DNA of 64,000 nt, taken from the NCBI GenBank assembly GCA_903813345.2, contig CAIIXF020000001.1, forward strand, positions 4,588,001-4,652,000, read 5' to 3'. A model generated the notes under the pieces. It worked only from the letters and a program-made list of their open reading frames with translations, was not told the origin of the DNA and searched no databases. This document shows positions 1 to 28,516 of the stretch, piece by piece (the first letter of the stretch is position 1; each line of letters starts with the position of its first letter). Source of the stretch: Owenia fusiformis. Its lineage: Eukaryota. The position numbers and the translations under genes are program-made.

Positions 1-78
1 AATGAAGTTTATTTTTTGATATCTGCCAAATTTATTAGCTGCAAAATCATAATTTCTCAAATTTCATGAAATTAACTA

Positions 79-212
79 GGGGGTCATTAACAGAAATTTT
101 GTAGAGTGACGAATTAGTAAATCAATTGTTGTAACCATGGATATAATGACGTCACAGTTAGAGAATAATGGATTTTATGAATTAAACTAAGAAGTTTCTG
201 TTAATGGCCCCC
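79..212. mobile_element. Small MITE with ~21-bp terminal inverted repeats
   Basis: GGGGGTCATTAACAGAAATTT (79-99) vs AAGTTTCTGTTAATGGCCCCC (192-212); no clean TSD. Confidence 0.55.
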
Positions 213-399
213 AGGAGTACAGGATATAAAAGTACATATAACTGCTTGATTTTCCCTACATTTTTTCTCAAACATGTGAAACTTCTCATTTAAACATTTT
301 AGAAAAATATTTTCTCATGTTGTCAACAAGTGTTCATCACCTAATTGCACCGAATCTACCAATACATACAAAATTATATAATAAATATTAGTTCTATAC

Positions 400-3300
400 C
401 TGCTCCGTAAGCTACAGCCTCGTCAGGGTTGATGCTTTTGTTTAATTCCTTGCCATTGAAAAAATCTTGCAGAAGCTTCTGGATCTTAGGAATACGTGTT
501 GATCCTCCCACCAACACAATATCATGGACTCCACCCTTGTCGAGCTGAATATAAAAAAAAGTCGATTAGATATTATGAAATAAAAAACATATGTTAAGAA
601 TTAACTCAATGGAATTTTGCAAATGTATTTAAAAACCATGAAATTTAGTACTGAAGTATGTTAATATATGTTAGGTAGCATCAGACATCCAAGGAAGAAT
701 ATGTAACATTAACCAGTTAAGGTTTTCAGTAACTGCATATATGCAGGAGCTCTCCTCATTTACTACCTAACATTTACTATATCACTGCATTGCATGGTAC
801 GTTATACTATATCTTGTATATATCAACATTTGCTCACCTGTCAAATCCCCAAAATTAAATTTGAAGAAATTCTTCAGAAGAAAACAGGATTTATTTTTGC
901 AAGAGATTTCACTGGTTACAATAGTAATTCTATTCTTATTGTCTTCAATGGACATTGCAGTCATACGTGTCTCGGACTCTCCAAGGATGGATAAGCACCT
1001 CGACTTTTCACATGTCAAATTCAGTTTTTCTAATTGTTTTATTTTTATTGTCTTCAATGGACATTGCAGTCATTCGTGTCTCGGACTCTCCAAGGATGGA
1101 TAAGCACCTCGACTTTTCACAACATGTCAAATTCAGTTTTTCCAATTGTTTTATTCTTTATTGTCTTCAAGGGATATTGCAGCCATTCGTGTCTTGGACT
1201 CTCCAAAGATGGATAAGCACCTTGACTTTTCACGACATGTCTACGTGTAGTTTGAGATCAAACATATAACCCTTACAGGACACTTCACACTGGGTTTGTG
1301 ACTGTAATTAGGTCTAAAATCAATTAGAGAATTCTAAAAGGAGAAAGTGATGATTCACTTAAGATTGCAGGTGATTGATCAAGACTTATGATCTAGTTCA
1401 ACATTCTGCATCCATGTGATTGTGTAAATAAAAGATAACTAGAAAGAAATATAAAATGGTTTGCTTTATAAATGGTTAGAATTTTAGTTCTACTCTTGGT
1501 ATGTCTTCCAAGGAGACATCTGGCATTTGCATCTCAAACCCTTTAAAAAGACTGGCAAAGTTTCCAATTTTTTAACTTCACCTTTACATAACACTCCAAA
1601 CTGTGGGTCTGTGACTGTAATGTAAATGCAATTAGAGAATTCTAAAAGCAGAATCCATAAAGCAAGTCTTGAGTTAGTCAAACATTCTAATCACATTGTG
1701 TTAATACTTGTATGACTTTAAGTACTTTATGTCATAAAACTCGGCAAGAACTTCTTCAAGCCTGTTATTATAAGCATGTGTTTAACTTCGCAACTTCTTT
1801 GTTGATTGTCTAATTATTGACAATGCATGAGTTACTAATAACTAGACAACTGAAACTGATCATAGTCTTTTTTAACTTGTTGACCTTTTGACTGTTTGAA
1901 AGTGGACTTATCCAACTTAGTCAAGAATGAAGACAACTTCTTTTATGGCGTAATACTTACTACCTAATGTCCTTAGTTTATAAGCTTAGAAGTACAGTGC
2001 AGTTCGTACTCTTGGCCTAGATTTTTACCTTTAAAAACAATATAAAAAAAACATGAGAAAATCATAATACATACCTTGGCATCTCTGAGAGATTTTTCCA
2101 CAGGCTCCAAAGTTCCACGGAAGAGATCAGCACAAAGTTCTTCAAAACGAGCTCTGGTGATGCTAGTGTAGAAATCATTTCCTTCAAAGAGGGAATCAAT
2201 CTCAATACTGGCTTGGGAGCTTGATGAGAGGGTTCTCTTCGCACGTTCACAGGCTGTTCTGAGACGTCTCACTGCACGCTTATTCTCAGAAATGTCCTTC
2301 TTGTTCTTACGCTTGAATTCCTGGATGAAATGGTTCACCATACGATTGTCAAAGTCCTCGCCACCCAAATGGGTATCCCCGGAAGTAGATTTTACTTCAA
2401 AGATTCCATCTTCAATGGTTAAGATAGAGACGTCGAAGGTTCCACCTCCTAAATCAAAGATGAGTACATTGCGTTCTCCACCAACTTTTTTGTCAAGACC
2501 ATAAGCAATAGCAGCTGCTGTAGGTTCGTTAATGATACGTAGGATGTTCATCCCAGAGATGGTTCCAGCATCCTTAGTTGCTTGTCGCTGAGAGTCATTG
2601 AAGTAGGCTGGGACTGTAACTACAGCACTGTTTACTGTCTGAAAGAAAAATGTGTATGTTTTAGGAGCAAAAACAATGCAACTGAAAATGATTTTACATT
2701 TATTGCACTGGGATTTCTCACTAATTTGTACACCTAAAGGTCATCATTTCATGATTTTTGCAGTTAGTGGGAGAAGGCAACTTACCTTTCCAAGATAAGC
2801 TTCTGCAGTCTCCTTCATTTTTACAAGAACCATTGATGAGATCTCTTCGGGGAAAAATGTTTTATTTTCCCCTTTGTATTCTACTGAAATCTTTGGTTTG
2901 GTTCCCTCGTCAACTATGTTGAATGACCAAGTCTTCCTGTCAGCCTGAACTGTAGGGTCATTGAACTTGCGCCCAATGAGTCGCTTGGCATCTGAAATAA
3001 ATAATCAACAAAATGTTATTATCATGGTGATCAATGAAAAAGACATGACTGAACTCTAAAAATTATTATCCACAGTTTAACAATTAATTTTGGATACAGT
3101 TCCTGCAGTTTATGACTGAGTACCAATGATGCCATGATCAACCCGTAGACAAACCCATTAGCAGACTACAGTAAACATGTCTTATCAAAACGTTACTTGG
3201 ACCAGCTAAAAGTGATTGGATTGGCTGGTATTCACACTTTTGTTTTTTTTAATGTGAAAGTCTAGTATGCCACTGAAAAAATATAAGTTGATATATGACT

Positions 3301-3573
3301 AAATGAATACTACATTCTTGCAACCATAAAGCATAGGGGCAATACAATAGAGAAGATCAGTTTTTGATACATACCAAATACGGTGTTTGTGGGGTTCATT
3401 GCAACTTGATTCTTGGCAGCATCTCCGATGAGTCGCTCTGAATCTGTGAATGCTACATAACTGGGAGTGGTACGGTTTCCCTGGTCGTTTGCAATGATTT
3501 CAACTTTTCCATGCTGGAACACACCGACACAGGAGTATGTTGTTCCCAAATCTATTCCTATCGCCTTCGCCAT
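400..3573 (-). CDS. HSPA8: Heat shock cognate 70 kDa protein (cytosolic Hsc70), 5' part; gene continues beyond window start
   Basis: Coding exons 3375-3573 ([42 protein letters not shown]), 2786-2991, 2075-2638 ([14 protein letters not shown]...RDAK), 400-544 ([22 protein letters not shown]...PDEAVAYGA); all GT-AG introns, frame continuous. Intron-rich structure with a non-coding first exon is typical of cognate (Hsc70) rather than inducible Hsp70. Confidence 0.95.
668..773 (-). ncRNA. SNORD14: U14 box C/D snoRNA (SNORD14) in Hsc70 intron
   Basis: Minus strand: box C variant ATGAGGA (759-753), U14 domain B CTTCCTTGGATGT directly followed by box D CTGA (697-681), complementary to conserved 18S ACAUCCAAGGAAG; perfect 11-bp terminal stem ATGTTAGGTAG/CTACCTAACAT (668-678/763-773); same strand as host. 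Hsc70 is the established U14 host in vertebrates. Confidence 0.85.
930..1241. repeat. Tandem repeat, ~110-bp unit x3, in Hsc70 intron
   Basis: Unit TTGTCTTCAATGGACATTGCAGTCAT...CTCCAAGGATGGATAAGCACCTCGACTTTTCAC starts at 939, 1048, 1161. Confidence 0.9.
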
Positions 3574-3654
3574 TTTTGTTTTTTCTGAAATGAGTAAATG
3601 AAGTTTAGACTTGCAGTACTTCCTGCAATTCATATCGATAAGCCTGGGGTTCAT

Positions 3655-3939
3655 TAGTTCAACAAGTTAAACCCAATACCACGGCTTTCATTTATTAATC
3701 TGAATGTTCTTGTTGCCGTGGTTGGGTTTAACTTCCGTGCTATGCTTTCATTTGTTGCAAATTCTCACTATCAGTTATTAATTAAACGCGCATGGAATTC
3801 CATGCGCTATCATAGGCCACCATTAAATCTTTTGCATCAAGGGCCGAATCGGCACGGACGTTAAACCTAGGGCGGGCCACAAGATATGTCAGATAAGAAA
3901 TATATAAAAGGCCCAGACTAGGTTTAACTTGTTGAACTA
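3655..3939. mobile_element. MITE with 19-bp TIRs and 9-bp TSD (Mutator-like TSD length) in Hsc70 intron 1
   Basis: TAGTTCAACAAGTTAAACC (3655-3673) / GGTTTAACTTGTTGAACTA (3921-3939); perfect direct repeat GGGGTTCAT at 3646-3654 and 3940-3948; internal palindrome GCGCATGGAATTCCATGCGC. Confidence 0.88.
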
Positions 3940-4404
3940 GGGGTTCATAATCAATCCATAAGATGGGTGTAGTTCTGAACTTTTGAGTTCAGATTTTTCA
4001 AATCACACTTGTGTACTAAAATCTTGCTGTTGAAAATAAGCCTGCTAGCTAACTAGCCTAGCATGTAGCCTACATTTTAAAACCCCAAGATTTCAATGGG
4101 GGCATGAAACCAGTGATTTGATCCAAAAATTTAATATTATTTGTGGTCATGATTATGATTATATAATCAAGAGAAATTCTCTGTGTGCTAGAAATCAAAT
4201 GTTATATGAAAAATGCTATGACGTCTCCAAAGAATAGAGATTATATTCGCACGTGCTCATGATGAACAATGAAACCGGCATGATGATGATGACCGGCAAA
4301 TCCCCACTTTGTGATTTTACATATTTTCTTAAGTTCAGCACACTTAATCAAACACTTTCGTGACATTAAATTCATCAAAATAGTACATAAGTATGTCAAC
4401 TTAC

Positions 4405-4485
4405 CTTTTGTTGCACTTCCTTAAACTTGAATAAAAGAAATTTCAGTTAAAATCACTATCACCAAATATTGAGTTCTAGAAAAAG
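4405..4485 (-). other. HSPA8: Non-coding exon 1 (5' UTR) of Hsc70
   Basis: GTAAG donor at 4404-4400, matching acceptor at 3586-3585 just upstream of the ATG; pyrimidine initiator CTTTTTCT starting at 4485, 31 nt downstream of the start of TATAAATA. Confidence 0.75.
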
Positions 4486-4625
4486 CGACCGAATAAATGT
4501 TCCACAGATATTTATACCCTGGAAATGACGTAGAATCAAAGAATTTTCTGGAACCTGTTTTTAATCCAATCAAAAACGTCGAATCTTAGTGAAACTTTTG
4601 AAACAGCAATTTTCATTGGCCAATG
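4478..4625 (-). promoter_or_regulatory. Hsc70 core promoter: TCT/5'TOP-like initiator, TATA box, heat-shock element, CCAAT boxes
   Basis: CTTTTTCT 4485-4478; TATAAATA 4516-4509; three-unit HSE aGAAt-tTTCt-gGAAc 4540-4554; CCAAT 4566-4570 and ATTGGCCAAT 4616-4625; TGACG half-site at 4526. Confidence 0.8.
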
Positions 4626-5059
4626 AGTTAAAAAAATTCCAACTTTATGTCACTATATTTCGGGGAAATCTTGAAAGTATTACATTTGTAAATAAGATAT
4701 GTAATGCGAATAAATAATTATCAAAACATTCCTTGAGCAAAAATTATATTTAGCTCCTAAAAATGAATCATTGTCGTTAAAATCAATTTCTTATTTATTC
4801 TTTCGAGCGTTTATTTCCATCAAAGTTCTTCGTTTAGATACCTGCGGGCTATTCCAAGATGCGCGTTAACTCGTATTATGCTCAACCTATAACAGAGTTA
4901 TGCTCATTGTTTGAGTAACTCAGATGATATTTTAATTAGAACTTATGTAAATAAGCTAATTTCCATTAGATATATTTCAATTTTCAATGGCTTATTTATA
5001 AAAAAAAACACAAATGTCGACTGATATAAATAAAACTGAAGGGGAGTAAAACGGTGTAA

Positions 5060-5083
5060 TTGGCGGGAAATTTGGCGGGAAAA
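5060..5083 (+). promoter_or_regulatory. Tandem E2F-binding sites of the MCM6 promoter
   Basis: TTGGCGGGAAA twice (5060-5070, 5072-5082), ~55 nt upstream of the MCM6 ATG; MCM genes are classic E2F targets. Confidence 0.8.
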
Positions 5084-5138
5084 CGTCATTGTTGTCAACA
5101 AAGTCCATGTGAAGTTTTAAACTTTTGGAATTAACGCC

Positions 5139-22688
<17,550 letters not shown>

Positions 22689-23959
22689 ACAAAGAGAGTG
22701 ACATTGTGGAAATTGACTGTGCGGGTATTCAACATATAACATGTATGTTAATGTAGGAACATTGATCAAGACATCGTATAAAATATGTGGTACAAAGAGT
22801 ACCAAAAATGGAAATCAGGATTTCAGTGCTTAATGTCCATGTTCGTTAGTTTCATCAGAACTTTTTTCTTACTAATGTAAATAGAACAAACCCATTATGC
22901 AGTGACAATGTTGCAGTTGATAACAGATATTTTTCTTAATGAATGGAAAGGTGTGTTGATATTTTTATTATGATATTTTGAACACATATCTTGTATTGAA
23001 TAGCTTCCCAGCTAGGTAACACAGCTTTGTGAAAGAAATGCTACATTTGAATCAAGTTACTAATTCTACTGCAAACATTGTAAAGCATTTGTATTTGTTT
23101 GTATATATTTATTATTTTTTTGCGATTGTAAATACTACAGTGTACATTGCCAAAAAATCATGATTCAAATCTGATAGGAAGTTCATTTTCTGATATATTT
23201 TCTCTGTATATTTTATAAAAAAGACATGAATGAAAAATACTGAAATTGTACATACTAGTATTAAACATGTAATAAAGACATGTAAAATATAATTGAATAT
23301 GATTTGTTTCCATTTGTGTGCTAATAAACCAGAGACAATGCTGAAATGCAGCTTAGTCTATGTGAGCCTCCCATCATACAGCTGTGATTGGTTAGAATAA
23401 GAGATAGGTATAGAAATGAATTTGATATCAAATCACGTATGCCTTGTTTTCCATATAAGACATGAGAGAAAATTTTGAAATTCAGTATTCCATCAAAATA
23501 TCTCTGAAAGGCTACTTCTTATCCAAAATTCAAAATTGGATTTGCAAGAAGTATTCTATTAAAAAAGCATCACTTTTATAAGGACATATCTAGGCATTGT
23601 CCTGCCTAAAATTATGTCTACATTTTTCAAACTTGGTGTTTTGATCTGATTAAAGAATATCTAGTCCTCAATGTCTTGATCCCAGCAAAATAATTTCAAG
23701 TCATTCAGATAGTTTCTAAAGTATGCTGATTTTATGTATGTTGAAGGCAGAATAAGAGATACGGTTGTGGTAAATTGCAATAGCATTTATAATTGCCCTA
23801 CCAAATGTATTCCTTACCACCATAAATGGATCCCAAAATATCATTGATATCTCATCAAATTGTTAAGTTACTTAAAATTACTAGTAAGATTTGGAAAAAT
23901 AAATTCATAGAAATTGAACATAAATGTAAACAATTACTTTTTCTTGAAGTAAGTTTGAT

Positions 23960-24130
23960 TTAAGAAAAATATAGACTGAAGAGCAGGGGTAATATTGTCG
24001 AATACACCCCGCAGGGCTAGGCACAAACGTTTTCTGTACTCCAAATGACCGAAGGGAGTGAGGGGTTCGAAAGCTTTTGTGCCTAGCCCCAAGGGGTGTA
24101 TTCAACAATATTACCCCTGCTCTGAGGTCT
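23960..24130. repeat. Hairpin-forming interspersed repeat
   Basis: AGAGCAGGGGTAATATTG...CAATATTACCCCTGCTCT and GGGCTAGGCACAAA/TTTGTGCCTAGCCC arms; diverged inverted copy at ~47810-47965 sharing the TTAAGAAA(A)ATATAGACTGAAGAGCAGG end. Confidence 0.7.
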
Positions 24131-24498
24131 GAGGCCGTTATGACGTCACACATTACACGTATTACCAGGGGTTTTGTTTGTGAATATACCCCGTGTGAAA
24201 TGTTGACTTTGTTCAGAGTTTATTAGAAGGCGTGAATACAGTCATGTTCGAATTTTGCATTAAAGACTTGAAAAGGAATGAGAGCGAGCGGGGAATATTC
24301 TAGAATTCACTAAAGAACATATCATACAATGATACTAGTAGTTAATTTTTCATAGAACTCTTAGAGGTTCATTTTTTTAACATAGAGATAGGTTCATCTT
24401 GGAAAATCAAAACAATTTTTTGGAATGGTTGTTCTAATTCTGCCTTTAATTCTTCAATCTGGAACAAAATTATTTGTAAAAAGTTAAAGGAGTATGAT

Positions 24499-26136
24499 TT
24501 AGACTATTGATTGTATGCATCCATTTTCCTCACATGTAGCTATAGCACTATTACTTGAATACCTCACTTCCATTGGATTTACTGTATGTTTTCCATTGAA
24601 ACAAAACCCTGCCATGTATGAATTGATTGTCTCATCATAAAATGCCATTTTATGAAGTCTGAAGTCTGCTCCACATGCTTTACATCTGAAGTTTGTCCCT
24701 TCCTTGTCCTGGGTACGTATCTCTACCTTTGATGTGGGGTGTCGTATTATACAATGTGTCTCCTCGTTCAGTTTAAACTTACGATGACACCTAACGCAAT
24801 GACCATGCTGGGGAGGTACAGAGGCATGACGTGGGAATAATACACCAAGTGCTATAACACATTTTCTGTCCCCGTCATATAGGCACTTTAGCAATGTTTG
24901 TTTCAATGTCTCACCATCCATGTCCTGCAGTAAGTCAGTCAAACGAACACATTCATTACTAATGTGAGCATATTTTATTGTTGAGATATCCATTTGAGAT
25001 TTTCTCTTGCTGATCATCATCTTGCCATCGATTGCATTTGCAGTTGTAGGTTTTAACCCATTTGCACATGGTTGTGGCTTTATTGCATTTGAGCCTGGCT
25101 GAGGTTTTATCTCATTTACACCTGATTCGGGCTTTATTCCATTTGAATTTGATTTTAACGGTAAGCCATTTCCACTTAGTTGTAGATTCATTCCATTTGG
25201 TCTCAATTGTGGATTAATTGAATTTGCATTTCCAGTTGGATGATCCTTTATTTCTTTGGTGACCCCACTCTTCTTTGTCAAGTCTGTTTCGATAGCAGGC
25301 TTTACTTCATTTAATGTAGAGTCAAGTTGTGTTGAAGCTACATTTTGGTAAGGGTCATGTGTAATCATTTGGTTCATAGTTTGTGTAATTCCTTGACTGT
25401 TGGAATCAGAAAATGTAGGACTCTTATTTCTGGTGGCTGGATCTCCAGTTTTACCAGCTGGACCGTGATACAGAGGGTCAGTGTCATTCTGGATATGTCT
25501 TAGTGTATATGGCAGAGCATAGTACATTATCTCACTATGTGGTAGATTATCTCTTTTAGAACTGATTTGGTGGTGATTCTGTTGTTGCAAATTGTGTTTT
25601 TGTGGATTGTGCCGAGAGAGATTGTTCCATTGTGGATTGTCTTGCATTTGGTTGTATTTGTTTGGATTGTACTGATACATCTTTGATTCATAAGCCTGAT
25701 CTCCAGCTGGTTTTACCAAGTCTGCAGTCATTCGTTTAAAGTACATTTCCTCAGCTTCTTTCCCATGTGGAACCATATGGGTATAAGTTTTGTTAGGAAA
25801 CACAGTCATCCTTTCTTGTTCAGAACTATTCTGGTGATTCAAGTCATTATGAGACATATTGTCCTTTTGAATCATACCTTTATCTTGTGTATGTATCCTT
25901 TCACTCACTTTGTATTCCTTATGCCCAGGGATGCCAGCAACCGGTTGTGAATTTGACATCTGTTTGTAGGTAATAAAACCCTGCTTTGAATAATCCCAGG
26001 ATGGATGTTCATTAATATCTGTATATGGAGGATTGGATTGGACTTTATCCCTAATTTCTGTTGCTTGAGCTATTGGTTTAAAATATGATCCGTGATTATC
26101 TAACGCCATCTGATCAACTGGCTTAAATTGTGACAT
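24499..26136 (-). CDS. Uncharacterised intronless protein (~545 aa), low-complexity Q/N/P-rich N-terminus and Cys/His-rich putative zinc-binding C-terminal domain
   Basis: 1.6-kb stop-free frame in AT-rich DNA; first ATG at 26136 (ORF track uses TTG at 26187); C-terminal HCVRCH-x8-HC-x3-H...CKAC...FCFNGKHT...Y...CEENGC. Confidence 0.75.
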   Translation of the reverse strand: MSQFKPVDQMALDNHGSYFKPIAQATEIRDKVQSNPPYTDINEHPSWDYSKQGFITYKQMSNSQPVAGIPGHKEYKVSERIHTQDKGMIQKDNMSHNDLNHQNSSEQERMTVFPNKTYTHMVPHGKEAEEMYFKRMTADLVKPAGDQAYESKMYQYNPNKYNQMQDNPQWNNLSRHNPQKHNLQQQNHHQISSKRDNLPHSEIMYYALPYTLRHIQNDTDPLYHGPAGKTGDPATRNKSPTFSDSNSQGITQTMNQMITHDPYQNVASTQLDSTLNEVKPAIETDLTKKSGVTKEIKDHPTGNANSINPQLRPNGMNLQLSGNGLPLKSNSNGIKPESGVNEIKPQPGSNAIKPQPCANGLKPTTANAIDGKMMISKRKSQMDISTIKYAHISNECVRLTDLLQDMDGETLKQTLLKCLYDGDRKCVIALGVLFPRHASVPPQHGHCVRCHRKFKLNEETHCIIRHPTSKVEIRTQDKEGTNFRCKACGADFRLHKMAFYDETINSYMAGFCFNGKHTVNPMEVRYSSNSAIATCEENGCIQSIV

Positions 26137-28516
26137 GATGTCCGTTCCTTTGTAGTTGATCAGCTTAGTGTAGTATACCCCATGCAACTTATTTACAATA
26201 CTATACTTGAGAGGAATGATACTACTACAGTATATGAACTTAGTTCCACTTGTATTCAGTTTAACATTTATACTGGTACTATCCTATGTAATGACAGCTT
26301 TGGCATTATACACATCAAGTATTGATCACTTATATTTGTAATTCATTAAAAGTGGTACTTATAATCTTGGAGTTCTGCATTGATAATACTCTTATTTAGT
26401 TTAGTTTGATAATTGAGTCACTGTCAGAATTAAGTACTAATTAATATTTTTCATTTATTTTTTTCATTTATCATAATCACTATCAATTTTCTGATATGTT
26501 TCTCCATTGTTGTGTTGGCTCTTGATGCAAAAACTCCTTCTTTCAGTTATTGATATCCAGCAGGTATATCAAGTTACAGTATTTTTAGCCCTTTGATGTT
26601 CTTGCACTAAGCACTTTTATAGATTTAAAGATTTAAAACTTGAGATTTTTTAAAACATTATTTGAACTATGGGCTAACAAATACCAGAATAACATAACGA
26701 AGTGAATGTCTGTTTGGATATTTGAAAGAGATATGTTAACATTTGACGTATCCGTTTAGTTCCTTTAAGCTCTTTAAAAGATTTATCAAAGTGCAATATT
26801 TTCTTAAGCTAGGGTAATATGACAAGGTTGTTTGGTTAAGTGAATAGATTGTATAATTAAAGGATTATATCTGACTTTTGCCAGTTGGTTCGTGCTAATC
26901 TTTAAGTGCCAGCGCTATATACACAGACTTGATAGCGCAATTTCTATCTCTTGCATTCCTTTGTTGGGCACAGGGGCAATTCTGACCTCAGAAATAATAT
27001 CATTACAGTGTTTTATTACACTTTTGGCTCCAGACCACTTGAGTTTGTTAAATATTTGAAAGTCTTCTTGTTACTTGGGCTGACTCCATGAAGGATACTT
27101 CAAAGAGCTGCATAAGTATATGACCCTTTGATACTGTTTCTATAGCCTGTGTATCTTTTATAACTGGAATTATCAGTGGTGCACAACATCAAGTCGAAGA
27201 TTGTCTAACAAATGATACCAGTTTAGTGCACATTATCATATATTTAATATATTTATATATTTAATTTGTAGTATGTGCACCAGACTGATACAAACATTGA
27301 TATTGGGCGCCATAAGGGGTACCATAAAAAAGTAAATAAGTACTGCAAATTAACCATATATGCACTTAAAGAAAGTTGAGTCTTTTATTTGGTGCTGCAC
27401 ATCAGACTGCTATCCATATGGATGCCTTAAGTCTTGTCATAAAATGATTATTGCACTGGCATCTCAATGTTAAACCATCTTTAAATTGATACTATGCATC
27501 AGACTGATATTTGTATGGATTGCCATTAGATGGGACGATGCATAGTGCTGGTATTTATTTTATTATTTTAAGCTGTAAAAGTGAATGCAGCATAGGCTGA
27601 GAATCCATAAAAACTTACAGCTCACATTATATTTCAAATAATCTGCATTCTTGAATACATAACCAATTATTGTTATTTTAACCCGAGTATTTTAAGATTC
27701 AGTGAAATTAATGATGCGCAGCATTAAGTGTTAATTTTAGGGAACAACACCTGGAAGGAATGATCATTCCATAATGCATTGAGTCATGGGCTTAAATTCT
27801 TTTCACACATTACAGAATATTCTTTACCATGTCACCTTTCACATTTCAAGATACAAAATCACTAAAACAACATTTTTTCAATGAAACTTATTGCAAGGGT
27901 CAAATTGGCAAAGCATCAATTTCAATCTGTAGAGTCAACTTGTCACCTTGACATCCACATAAGGAGTGACCTTGAATGTGGTGATATAATGCACTGCAGT
28001 TATATGAAATACTGTGTACGGATTGGCTGGAACATGGGGCCCGCCCACCCCTACCCTTGGGGCCAAGAAAATAATTTTAGGGCCCAAAAAAGTAATTGGA
28101 CCCAAAAATCTGAAGGGCCTCATTAAAGTGTGACTTTTTGGGCATAACTTGGCCTTTTAGGGCTTTTTTAGGCCAAATTATCAAAACATCATGGGCCTTA
28201 ATTATTTTTTTAATTGATATGTACCCCCCTTTGTTAGCCTCTGCATAAGCCAGTGCTTATTCAGGTCAAATGTCATATGGTTAGTGTTGACCAATGACCA
28301 TTCAAACTATGAAACCCCTGCAAAATTCATATATTATGAAGATCTATCAAATATCCTTTTCAATTATTCATAGATGTCGCCATATACCTATGAATTATAG
28401 GTGGCGTACTTCTCAAGATGGTGGATTGAAAATAGAGAAATACTTTTTTCTGGGACATTCGATTGAATTTTGATGGATTATGAATGTTAACAAATGTAGG
28501 TAACGAATTTGCAGCG

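Noticed and set aside
930-1241. CRISPR-like repeat-spacer appearance (also 43860-45180, 27270-27615)
   Set aside because: Inter-repeat sequences are homologous to each other, context is eukaryotic introns, no cas genes.
2741-2747. Box C motifs on the Hsc70 strand (also 334-340 and 4372-4377)
   Set aside because: No box D at a plausible distance or no terminal stem.
1230-3200. Short word matches to recalled SNORA53/U19 sequences in Hsc70 introns
   Set aside because: Matches are short, scattered and not collinear; cannot name a family without a covariance search.
26137-26187. TTG-initiated N-terminal extension of the 562-aa ORF
   Set aside because: Eukaryotic context; first ATG (26136, GACATCATG) is the more plausible start unless an upstream exon exists.
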